From the IMG/VR virus record IMGVR_UViG_3300046501_000233, positions 32,001 to 96,000 of that record: 64,000 bases of DNA; one strand, written 5' to 3'. The DNA comes from a virus. Every line of letters begins with the position of its first letter. Position 1 is the first letter of the stretch. Made by a program: the position numbers and the translations under genes. The notes under the pieces were generated by a model. It worked only from the letters and a program-made list of their open reading frames with translations. It ran no database searches and was not told the origin of the DNA. This document shows, one piece after another, positions 54,102-63,316 of the stretch.

Positions 54102-55506
54102 ATGAGTACGCACGTTATCGAGGTTGAGGTGCAGGTCCAGGACCACGCCGAGCTGCGGGCATACGCCCTGCGCCGAGCAATTGAAGGCGGCATCGACGAG
54201 CAGGAGTTCGAGACTGGAGAGACCGGAGAGACCTCCGCTGAGAACGTCGACTACTGGCTGTGCTGGGCATTCGACGCAGGCACCCCTGAACAGTGCGGCT
54301 TCCAGATCAATCACAGCGCGAGCACGGAGACGGCGTAATGGCCAAAGTAAAAAAGGTTATGGCAAAGCCCGAGAGTTTCACCCGCCTTGAAGTCGAGGCG
54401 GCACTCTGTGTGTGGGAGTGGATCTGCGAAGTCACGGTCTGTGCTGAGGAAGGTAAAGACCTGAAGAACTGGACCGAGCTGCGCGAAGGCGTGGGCTCTG
54501 CGGAGTTGCGTTACCAGTCCGTCACGCTGGGTCAGTGGTGTCTGAAGATCTATGACATCTGCAAAGCCCGCGACGAAGATATCTTCGACGGCATGGCCTA
54601 CGACTGGGAGGTCATCCCCGAGATCATGATGCACGCAGTGGACGGCGACGGCGCGGCGATCATCTACGCCGAAGGCCTCGCTGATCCGAAGGTCGTGGCG
54701 GACAAGGTGTTCCGCTGGGCGAAGCTGCATGACTTCACGATCTCCTGCCGCATGGAAGCCCGCAAGCAGTGGGCTTACGAGGAGCTGATCTCCGATCACC
54801 CCGAGCGCGTCGAGCAGTCCTTCGATATGGGCGAGAAGCCGGCCGACTTCGTGAAGTGGCTCGGCGAGAAATACGACCTGACATCTGTCAGGGAATGGGG
54901 AGGCTTCTGATGTCCGAGCGATACAAGAAATTCCAGACCGACTACGCCGAGGTGGATACCGCCATGGTCGGCTACTTCGTGATGATGCTTCATCGCACCG
55001 GCAAGCGGTCGAAGCGCGGTCATCCGTTCCGCGATCAAGAACTGCAGATCGATAATTGGATTGCCGACAACGGCGAGTGCGCAACCCGCGAGGCGGTCTT
55101 ATCCATGGCGCCGGTCATCGAGGCCGCGTGGCAGGCGCTTGCCGAAACAGAGCGGGACAACGTGGTGTGGGATTGGGAGTTCGTCCCGACCTTCATCCTT
55201 TGTTGCATCTCCTGGCTGAACGAACTGCCGACACCGGTCTACCAGCGGCCCGAGCAAATGGCAGAGCACTGGCGGAAGTCATTCGCCGCCATCAGCGCCT
55301 TCCATAAATCGTCGCAGAAAGGAAAGTAAATGGCACGCAGGAAGAAGAACGAGCGCGCCGATCGCATTCAGCGCGCCATCACCGGCCTCATCATCTCGAT
55401 AGGTTCCATCCCGCGCATCTATGCCCATGCCGAGATGCTGATCGAAGAGGGCGCCGACGATGCGCAGCTCACTCGCGGCATCCGGGATTTCGTGGGGCAC
55501 CCATGA
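54102..55506 (+). CDS. four coupled hypothetical ORFs (54102-54338, 54338-54910, 54910-55329, 55330-55506)
   Basis: TAATG/TGATG junctions; middle two share a (Y/W)DWE.(I/V)P motif. Confidence 0.7.
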
Positions 55507-56075
55507 AGATCACATCGACACCCTGGGGCAAGCCCCAGACGATCAGGCTGCTGGCGGAAGGCATCTGGACCGTATCGACCGCACGGCACGGCGGGATCAA
55601 GCTGGACCGCAAGCGCAATGCCGAGGTGCCGGACTACATGCGCATCGAAGGCGGTTGGTACGAGGAGGATTGCTCCTGGGCGATCGCGGCGGTCGTTCAC
55701 ACCGACGCCTTCAAGCGCGTCGTCAAAATCGACGGCAAACCGGATCGGCTCGAATGGGAATATGCCCACGAGACGCTGAAGCGCTGGATGCCCGACGAGT
55801 ATGAGCGCTTCACCGGCATCAAGATCATGCCGGGTGAGTCGTACAAGCGCGATGAGCAGCTCTTCAAGCAGGAGAACCTCGACAACTTTGTCGTCTCTGC
55901 TGCCTGGGGAGATTGGGACACCGCCTGGGTGCCGAAGGGCATGATCGGCGTCTTGGCGAAGCGTGAGCGCGATGGCGCCAGGAAGTGGTTCCACATTCCG
56001 GCCGAAGGCTACCCTGGATCGCGCCCCGGCTTCGTCATCGATCTAACTCGCCACAAGGAAACGGACCCGCGATGA
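55503..56075 (+). CDS. DUF7007-like protein
   Basis: TPWG..Q, AEGI..VSTA.HGG..L..RNA.VP, WYEEDC.WA. Confidence 0.75.
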   Translation: MKITSTPWGKPQTIRLLAEGIWTVSTARHGGIKLDRKRNAEVPDYMRIEGGWYEEDCSWAIAAVVHTDAFKRVVKIDGKPDRLEWEYAHETLKRWMPDEYERFTGIKIMPGESYKRDEQLFKQENLDNFVVSAAWGDWDTAWVPKGMIGVLAKRERDGARKWFHIPAEGYPGSRPGFVIDLTRHKETDPR

Positions 56076-56597
56076 GCACGGAACGAACAGAGCGTATCAA
56101 CACAGCACTCAAAGCGATCGATGATCTGCAAATCGCTGACGTTTTGCAGTTCTTCTACGACAAGGCTTCGCCCCGCGATCACGAGATTGCCGGCCTGGTC
56201 CCGACCGATGACGAACTGGAATGCGACGGCGCCCTCATTTCCGAGGGCGATAACAACGGTGCATTCGTTCTGTGCTGGGTCTGGGTGGATTTCTGCGGAA
56301 CGGATCTCGACAAAAACAATGAGGACGAGAAGGAAGAAGAGGATGCCGACTAGCTACTACGTCGACAAGGCGCCGTGTTGCTGGAACTGCGGCGCAACGC
56401 GAGACAGCTTGAAGATCGGCGAAAGCGCGCACGGCACCGATTTTAGCTTCTCCAGCTATCCCGATCGCAACCTCACCACACCTGAGCAGTGGTTCGCCTT
56501 CCTCGAAGGCAGGCGCATCGTCACTGAAGACGGTTCCGAGTCTGATCTGAAATGGATCAGGGACTATCCAATCATCACCATCACCAACAGCAACTGA
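56072..56597 (+). CDS. two small hypothetical ORFs (56072-56353, 56343-56597)
   Basis: SEGD.NGA.V..WVWVDF; C..CG...IG.S..G..F.F. Confidence 0.65.
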
Positions 56598-56606
56598 GAG
56601 AAGACA

Positions 56607-57008
56607 ATGAAGTTTGTAATCGCGTTATCTGCCGCCCTCCTGTCCATCGCCTCGCCGGCCAGCTCTGAGCCGTTGCGGGAGGTGGATCGAAACTTCGCAG
56701 TCTTGGCGACGACGGCGTGGGTAGTCGGCACCCTTTGCGGCAACTTGCGGATCGTCGAAGGTGCGGCGGCCAAGATGGCTGACCGCAATGGCGCCGACAT
56801 CGGGCGCATCGGTCCTGCTCTCGTTGCTGCATGGCAGGCCAACATCAGCCAGGATTACGATCGCTCAGCCCTTGTTCCCGAGGTGACCGAGGTCGTTCGC
56901 AACACCTTCAACATGATCGACAAGGACTACACCCGCAACAAGACGAAGGCCTGCGCGGATTGGACCAAGGCGATCATGCCATCCGGTCTCATTGAGAGGA
57001 CGAATTAA
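56607..57008 (+). CDS. secreted/periplasmic hypothetical protein
   Basis: Sec signal MKFVIALSAALLSIASPASS; two Cys. Confidence 0.7.
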   Translation: MKFVIALSAALLSIASPASSEPLREVDRNFAVLATTAWVVGTLCGNLRIVEGAAAKMADRNGADIGRIGPALVAAWQANISQDYDRSALVPEVTEVVRNTFNMIDKDYTRNKTKACADWTKAIMPSGLIERTN

Positions 57009-58103
57009 TGGCATCGTATTCGGCATGCGACTATCTGGACGATGTCCAGCGAGCGCTGGATATCGACGAGGACTCCGGAGATCCTGGCGACGCTGCACAC
57101 TTGGCAATCGCCGAGATCGAGCGGCTTCAGGCGGTTGACCTCTTCTGGCAGGAGCACGGAGCAAACATATTGTCCTGCGTGACAATAATCTCCAGGAGCA
57201 CCACGCCGGAGTGCCGCGCTGCCCTTGCCATGATCCTTGCCAAGGGGCCTGAGCTAATCCAACCGGACCGCACCGTCGTAACGCTGAAAGGAAATGCGTC
57301 ATGCGATACCTGATCAAGACCGGCGCCGGCTATCGGCTCCCCTTCATCACCACTTTGCTCGACCAGGCAGTGGTCAATCACCGTCACACCAACCCGGACG
57401 GCAGCCAGTGGGTCGAGAAGCAGACGCAACAGATCCGCTATCCGGACATGTTGCGCTCCGCCATTCAGCCGGCCTGCAACGATAACGAGCTAATCCATGA
57501 GCCTGTTTGAGCCTGACACCCGCCCGGCCACGGCATGGCCGAGCAACGGCATCTCGCACAATCGCTGGTTCACCGGGCTGCATCGCTTCATCCTGGCGCT
57601 CAACGCCTTCCATTGGCCGCGGGCCAGCGAGTTCAAATACGTGAACCTGCGCATTGACACCCGGAACGGTTCCTTCCTGGTGTTCGGCGAGCGCGACGAA
57701 AAGGGCGAGCGTCGGCGCGTCGATCCCGACGAGATCGCAAAGCACGTCGACATGGTCGCTGTCGATCGCAAACTGGCGAAGATGGTCTGCGGTCTCATGC
57801 AGGAAGATGTCCGCGACGCGATCAGCCTATCCATCAAGGAGCTGGAACACAATCGCGAGAACGACTTCGCCCCCGACGCGACCACTATCCGAAGGCTGAA
57901 GGAGGCAATCAATGTCCGGTAGTAAGCGCGATTTCCTCGTGATCGAAAATTCCGGTCACGAGGGCGAACAGGAAGTGTCCAGGCACAAGGAATACGTGGA
58001 CGCTGTCGCCTACTGCAAGAAGACCTACAGCACCTCGGAGATCGACAGCCTGCACGTCGTGATCTGCATCGAGCGTGACGGCCAGCGGTCCTACGAGATC
58101 TAG
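57008..58103 (+). CDS. four small hypothetical ORFs (57008-57313, 57301-57510, 57497-57922, 57912-58103)
   Basis: Overlapping start/stop packing with RBS. Confidence 0.65.
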
Positions 58104-58546
58104 GCGTGCTTGATGGCCGCCTCGATGCGGCGCTTCCGGGTCTCCCGGATTTTCTCCAGCATCTCTCCGTGAGTGAAGGTCGGTACGCCGGCCTTCTGCG
58201 CTGAGATCCTGATCGCCTGCTGGGCGAACTCCGACGTTACATCGAACCAGTCACCGAACAGACGGCGGCCTGCCTTGTCGAACAGGGCGGTTGCCTCGTT
58301 CGCCACACGGATCGCCAGCATGTCGCCGGCCGTCCATACGATCTCATGGATCTGCAGCTCCTTCGGATTGCCGAGCTGCAAGGCATTCATGCGGTCTTTG
58401 AGCTGACGTGCCCAACCTAGCCTAAGCGGCCGACCCCCGGAGGGACCGACCGCATAGACGCATGCGAACTGAAGTTCATCAAAAATCGCGCGTTCCGCTT
58501 TCGAAGAAAGCCAAGGCAACCCGCTCACAATCTCAGTTTTCTGCAT
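58100..58546 (-). CDS. GIY-YIG-like (T5orf172/MUG113-type) domain protein
   Basis: VY.VG......RLG......R...LQ.GNP..L, GDWF; lone - strand gene in early region. Confidence 0.75.
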   Translation of the reverse strand: MQKTEIVSGLPWLSSKAERAIFDELQFACVYAVGPSGGRPLRLGWARQLKDRMNALQLGNPKELQIHEIVWTAGDMLAIRVANEATALFDKAGRRLFGDWFDVTSEFAQQAIRISAQKAGVPTFTHGEMLEKIRETRKRRIEAAIKHA

Positions 58547-58571
58547 GGTTAGAACGGGTTAGCACACCGCG

Positions 58572-58620
58572 AATGCAAATGCAAATATCGCTTGCATTCG
58601 CGTTTGCATTTCCATAGACC
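58572..58620. promoter_or_regulatory. divergent control site with TGCAAA/TTTGCA boxes and TTGCAT-N17-TAGACC promoter (+)
   Basis: AATGCAAATGCAAATATCGCTTGCATTCGCGTTTGCATT. Confidence 0.7.
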
Positions 58621-58641
58621 GTGAAAACGAAAGGACAGCCC

Positions 58642-59106
58642 ATGCCCGACTTAACGACCCTGCCAGCCAGATCTCTCAGCATTACTGGCCACGAGCTGCA
58701 GGCACTGCTCTGGACCCGCGAGCAGCTCCAGCTTGGAGAGATCATCTTTGATGCGAAGGCCTCCGGAAAGCAGGGGCGCGGCTTCAATATGTCCGTTTCT
58801 GACGAGGAAACGGAGTGCGGGACCACCTGCTGCATTGGCGGATGGATGTACAAGCACATGACCGATCAGCAGAACTGGGCGCCACGGACAAGCTCCGGCC
58901 ACTGGGCAAGCCTCGGCGGTTACGTCGGCTTTCATCGAAGCCCCGCCCTTGCGGAGCTATTCCACCCCTTCACCACAGTGACCGGCCCCGATGACACGAC
59001 CGTCGACTGGGACGTCATCCCGCCGGTCTGGGCGATTCAGGCAATCGACAACTTCCTCGCCACTGGCAAGCCGAACTGGCCCCAGGTCTGCGGGCTCGTG
59101 CCTTGA
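58642..59106 (+). CDS. conserved hypothetical phage protein (CGT..C..GW family)
   Basis: FNM, CGTTCCIGGW, LF.P, A..AIDNFL.TG. Confidence 0.75.
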   Translation: MPDLTTLPARSLSITGHELQALLWTREQLQLGEIIFDAKASGKQGRGFNMSVSDEETECGTTCCIGGWMYKHMTDQQNWAPRTSSGHWASLGGYVGFHRSPALAELFHPFTTVTGPDDTTVDWDVIPPVWAIQAIDNFLATGKPNWPQVCGLVP

Positions 59107-59204
59107 GGCTTGCAAGCATGCAAACGCCTTTCGAAACCATCGTGTGGCTCATCCGCGCCGCCCTCACGAATGGCTCATTTCAAGCGGTCGCAAAGGAGCA
59201 GCAA

Positions 59205-59927
59205 ATGAACGTACTTCCCAATGGCATGTCACCGCAGACCCATATGACTGTCGGTGACGCTGTGTTTCCGAAGTGGCCGGTCGGAAAAATCGACTTCAAC
59301 CAGCCCTTCAACGTCAAGGATACGCAGTTCGGCAACGACATCTCGCTCGGCCTCGGCGAGGTGATCAGCTTCCTCGACGGTGCAAGCTATCCGGTGGTCG
59401 TGAAGTTCACGACCGAAGGCGGCCAGCGTGTCGCCATGTTCGACACGGACGGCGAGGACGAGGACGGCAACTACGAAGTCGAGCAGGTCCGCGTCGCCCC
59501 GTACCAGGGCTTCATCGTGGTGATCCAGGACGCAGACGGCGACCTCGAAGTCCTGCCCAAGGTCTACCTCTCCCGCGACGCTGTGACCGGCGATGACGAC
59601 ATCATCCCGGACGACATCATCCTGGTGCAGGAGATCACCGTGCCAGCGAAGAGCGATGGCCCGGTCTCCGATCCCGTCGTCGCTGAAGTCGAAGAGGAAG
59701 AAGATGGTCAGGCCGAGGCCGGCGCTGCCGCTGCTCTGGGCGAAAGCGCCTGGATCAACGGCTTCAACCGCCGCGTCGGCGAGACCGTGACGGCGTGGCG
59801 TTCGGGCTTTGGCTCCCGCCCTGTCGAGATCCTGCGCTTCCGCTCGCACTCCTTCAAGAAAGCGTTCGTTGATCCGAAGGACGGCAACAAGCCGTACTGG
59901 GCCTACGACCGCAACATCAGCAGCTAA
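59205..59927 (+). CDS. acidic hypothetical protein
   Basis: AAGGAG RBS, strong codon bias, followed by terminator. Confidence 0.75.
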   Translation: MNVLPNGMSPQTHMTVGDAVFPKWPVGKIDFNQPFNVKDTQFGNDISLGLGEVISFLDGASYPVVVKFTTEGGQRVAMFDTDGEDEDGNYEVEQVRVAPYQGFIVVIQDADGDLEVLPKVYLSRDAVTGDDDIIPDDIILVQEITVPAKSDGPVSDPVVAEVEEEEDGQAEAGAAAALGESAWINGFNRRVGETVTAWRSGFGSRPVEILRFRSHSFKKAFVDPKDGNKPYWAYDRNISS

Positions 59928-59935
59928 CGTCAACC

Positions 59936-59969
59936 GGCCCGCTCCTTCATTGGGGCGGGCCACTTTCTT
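59936..59969 (+). terminator. intrinsic terminator
   Basis: GGCCCGCTCC..GGGGCGGGCC plus ACTTTCTT. Confidence 0.65.
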
Positions 59970-59978
59970 GAGGGCATC

Positions 59979-60356
59979 ATGAGAACGCCGGTCCGCATCG
60001 TTTCCGAAGTTGAGTTCGATCAGCGCATTCGCCAGATCCTAAACGATACGGATCTTAGCCACGTCCGGTGCGTGACTGGACCCGGCCGGTCAGGCGCGAT
60101 CGCCTCCGTGTATGCCTCGCACATTCTGCGCATTCCCTTCATCCCATACGGTGCCACCTGCCCGCCCGGATGGAATGTGCTGGTCATCGACACCGCCCGC
60201 GAGAGTGGCCGCACACTGCGCAAGGCTGAGCGTCGCTATGACTACGCCAACCCGACTGTTCTGGTCTGCTTCGAAGAGCCGCCGCGCGTGGCGTTCTGGT
60301 ACGAGGCGCCGAAGCCGCAGCGATATCGGCACGAGCCGGCGCTGATCGCAGCATGA
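59979..60356 (+). CDS. type I phosphoribosyltransferase-like protein
   Basis: VTG.GRSG.I.....SHIL and VLVIDTARESGRTL PRPP-loop-like motif. Confidence 0.7.
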   Translation: MRTPVRIVSEVEFDQRIRQILNDTDLSHVRCVTGPGRSGAIASVYASHILRIPFIPYGATCPPGWNVLVIDTARESGRTLRKAERRYDYANPTVLVCFEEPPRVAFWYEAPKPQRYRHEPALIAA

Positions 60357-60432
60357 GACATCAGCACATGCGACGAAATCGTCGCACACCTCACCCCTTC
60401 GAGGCGTTCCGTCGTCTCCTGGAGACGAAAAC

Positions 60433-61236
60433 ATGGAAGCGACATCCCGAACCATTCTCGAAGACAAGGGCCGGCAAGATGCGGCGGGACGAACGGTGGT
60501 TCGTGATGCGGTCGAAGCACTGCGTGGTGCCAATGGCAGACGCAACCCGCTGACGAATAACTTCGACAGGCCATGGACTCCAGAAGAGTTGGCGATCTTA
60601 GAGGCGAATGCGAGCCTCTCGATCGACGAGTTGCTGTCGCTCCTCCCCGGCCGCAGCATCAAAGCGATCCGGGTGAAGCGGTCGAAGGTCTCATTCAGAA
60701 GCCCGCCATGGACTGGCGACGAGCTTGCGACCCTGCGCAAAAACAGAAAGCTGACCACAAAGCAGCTGACGGCAGTGCTGCCAGGCCGGAGCGCGAAGTC
60801 TATCAACAACAAGCGCGAACGAATGGGCCTTCAACTCAACCAGTGGACCGGCGAAGAGCTGATGTCACTTCGTCGCCTGGCACCGCTGCATTTTCCGCAG
60901 ACGGTCGCCAACGAGATAGGCAGGACGGTGACGATGGTCAAGGCGATGGCTGAGACGCTCGGCATCAAGTTCCGTCCGAACAAGCCACTACGACGGACTG
61001 GCAACGAAGTCCTGGACGCCATCATCCAGCGATGCGTCGAGGACGACATCTCGCTTCGTGCTCTCGATCGAGAGGCTGGTACGAAGACCTACTTCGCCTT
61101 GGATATTTTCAACAAGCGGCGTCAAGCCATGAACCCCAACCTCGTCAACGTCGCCAAGGCTGTGACCTTCTTCGGAGGGCGCGGCCTCCTGTTCGGCAAA
61201 GACGGCAAGATCACCATCGACTGGAACGACGAATGA
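60433..61236 (+). CDS. Myb/SANT-like repeat plus C-terminal HTH DNA-binding protein (start uncertain)
   Basis: Three WT.EE/DEL..L repeats with LPGRS..(A/S)I..KR; ISLRAL...AG and PNL..V HTH-like tail. Confidence 0.7.
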   Translation: MEATSRTILEDKGRQDAAGRTVVRDAVEALRGANGRRNPLTNNFDRPWTPEELAILEANASLSIDELLSLLPGRSIKAIRVKRSKVSFRSPPWTGDELATLRKNRKLTTKQLTAVLPGRSAKSINNKRERMGLQLNQWTGEELMSLRRLAPLHFPQTVANEIGRTVTMVKAMAETLGIKFRPNKPLRRTGNEVLDAIIQRCVEDDISLRALDREAGTKTYFALDIFNKRRQAMNPNLVNVAKAVTFFGGRGLLFGKDGKITIDWNDE

Positions 61237-61403
61237 CCACCAGCCACTACCGCACTTCGCAATATCAGAAGCTGCGTAAGCGCCGCGCCATTGAGGCACC
61301 ATCACACATCGAGGCCGAGAACGATCGCATCACCGATCAGATCGCCATCACCGAATTGAGGGAAAGCCTCGACTCCGGTGGCGGGCGCGGCTTTCGCCTT
61401 TAA
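61233..61403 (+). CDS. small hypothetical protein
   Basis: ATGA-coupled. Confidence 0.5.
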   Translation: MTTSHYRTSQYQKLRKRRAIEAPSHIEAENDRITDQIAITELRESLDSGGGRGFRL

Positions 61404-61625
61404 CGCCAACGCGACAACCGAGGAGGTGCATCACACCACATCTAAATTGGGGAACTAACAATAGACGGGACTAGATCTTGAAGAGCGACATTCAAGTAGA
61501 CGGGGAAAAAGTCCGGCAAAAAGCCGGCAGCGTAGGCGTATGCGTAACGAGTACAGGGACTACCAATGATCATAAGAGTCATCGGCGGATGGGTCTTTAC
61601 CCTCCGCTTCTACAATGCGCGCGAC

Positions 61626-61655
61626 AGACCACGAAAAAATCGGTGGTCTTTTTTT
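61626..61655 (+). terminator. intrinsic terminator
   Basis: AGACCAC..GTGGTCT plus T run. Confidence 0.8.
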
Positions 61656-61664
61656 ATGCCCGCA

Positions 61665-61816
61665 TGTTTGCACTTGCTTTCCTCGCAAAGCAAATGCAAA
61701 TAGGCAGCAGTGATCATCTGGCGCGGTCGTCGGCATAGCAGCTGCGATCGCGCCTTCCATCGGGAGAGCTGCGCCTTGGGGCGCGTTCAAATGCAAATGA
61801 TGTTGAAGTGCAAATG
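61665..61816 (+). promoter_or_regulatory. TTTGCA/TGCAAA boxes and probable promoter
   Basis: TTTGCACTTGC..GCAAATGCAAAT (61667-61701) and CAAATGCAAAT..TGCAAAT (61788-61816). Confidence 0.65.
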
Positions 61817-61825
61817 GAGAGATAG

Positions 61826-63316
61826 ATGTCCTTCTACCTGGTGAAGCTGGTTCCGGATCCAAACAATCCCGGCCAGATGATGGACGAGCCTATTCCTGGC
61901 GCCGGCCCTTACGACACTGGCCCCCAGGCCGCTGCTGCAGCCAAGGCTGCGCAGACCAACTATTCCGAGAAGGTGCAGCCGCGCCGTATGCGTCAGGCAG
62001 GCGACTGGCGCCCTCGCATGAAAGAAGCCCAGCTGGCGTGTCCGCCGCTTCCCAAGGAATGGGATCTCCCGGACGTTACAGATCACTTCGCGCACCTTGA
62101 TCCGGTCAGCCGATGCAATATCCGTTTCGTCGAGAACGACGAACTGGGTGTGATCGGTCGCTTCACGCTGCTGTCGCCGGGTCGCTACATCAGCCGCTAT
62201 TTCCCGGAAGTTGACGATGATCACCGTCGCCGCCTGATTGCCGCGGTCGATCCGAGCGGCGAGATCCACTTCGCAATCACGCCAGAAGAAATCGCCGAGA
62301 TCTACAAGTGGGGTCCAGGCTCGTGCATGGACGCCGCCAAGGGTCGCGACGTCACATGGGCCAAGTTTTCTATGTGGCCGCCGGCAGTCTACGGCGCGGG
62401 CGACTTTGCTGTTGCCTACACCCGCAATGAGCGCGGATCGGTTCAGTCCCGTGCACTCTGCTGGCCCGAGCGAAAGGTGTTCGGCCGTTGCTACGGCGAC
62501 GTGCAGCGCATGGAAAAGGCCATGGCGGCCGAAGGCTTCAAGGACATTCGCCAGTACGGCAACGGCAGCTATGCCGGCGCCCGCCTGCTGAAGGTCAAGG
62601 GCGCCGACGAGCACTACTATCTGATGCCGTATTTCGATGACTTCAACATGGTCTTCGACATGGGTGATCACTTTGTGGTTGCCGGCGACGAGAAAGAGGA
62701 CGGCAAGATCCTAAGCAAGGGGACTGCCGAAGGGCAGTGCTTCCTGCAGAAGAAATGCCCGAAGGAGCGGAATCTGCAGCCCGCTCACCGTTTCGTTCCG
62801 GTCCAGCCCTCTGGCGAAGAATGGTCGATCAGTGCTGCCAAGTATCACGCTCGGCAGTGTTCAGCCACGAACGAATGGTGGGATCGCCACAAGGTCATCA
62901 CCCTTATCGGCGGTGAGTATTGGTCTCCTATCCACTTCGCAGAGCATGGAGCGCACTGCGATTGGACCAAGCAGCCGTGCAAGAAGGTCGACCTCGTCGA
63001 GCTTTCTGACGGTCGCAAGGTTCACAAGGACTCGGTCGTTGCCGCAACGGCGCCGGCCATGAAAGTCAAGCAGGGCGTCGACTGGGGCGGTCGTGACTAC
63101 ACCGACTACCGGGCAATGTTCCAGAACGATTGGTCGATTTCGGGCGTCATGGACGACGTCGACCTCAGGACCACCCCCGAAATGATGCGGATCGTAGAGC
63201 AGGCGCTCAGCCGGCAGCTGAGCCGTGTCGTCTTGAACGGCGACGTGCTGGCCGAGACCCGCAACTTCCACATCGCGAATGACGATAACGACAACGAGGT
63301 TACCAATGCTGCCTGA
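61826..63316 (+). CDS. conserved phage protein with SCM motif and C-terminal Cys/His-rich repeats
   Basis: IY..GP.SCM, AVY..GD.AVAY, R.L.W...K.F.R.YG, MPY.D; GGAGA RBS. Confidence 0.8.
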   Translation: MSFYLVKLVPDPNNPGQMMDEPIPGAGPYDTGPQAAAAAKAAQTNYSEKVQPRRMRQAGDWRPRMKEAQLACPPLPKEWDLPDVTDHFAHLDPVSRCNIRFVENDELGVIGRFTLLSPGRYISRYFPEVDDDHRRRLIAAVDPSGEIHFAITPEEIAEIYKWGPGSCMDAAKGRDVTWAKFSMWPPAVYGAGDFAVAYTRNERGSVQSRALCWPERKVFGRCYGDVQRMEKAMAAEGFKDIRQYGNGSYAGARLLKVKGADEHYYLMPYFDDFNMVFDMGDHFVVAGDEKEDGKILSKGTAEGQCFLQKKCPKERNLQPAHRFVPVQPSGEEWSISAAKYHARQCSATNEWWDRHKVITLIGGEYWSPIHFAEHGAHCDWTKQPCKKVDLVELSDGRKVHKDSVVAATAPAMKVKQGVDWGGRDYTDYRAMFQNDWSISGVMDDVDLRTTPEMMRIVEQALSRQLSRVVLNGDVLAETRNFHIANDDNDNEVTNAA

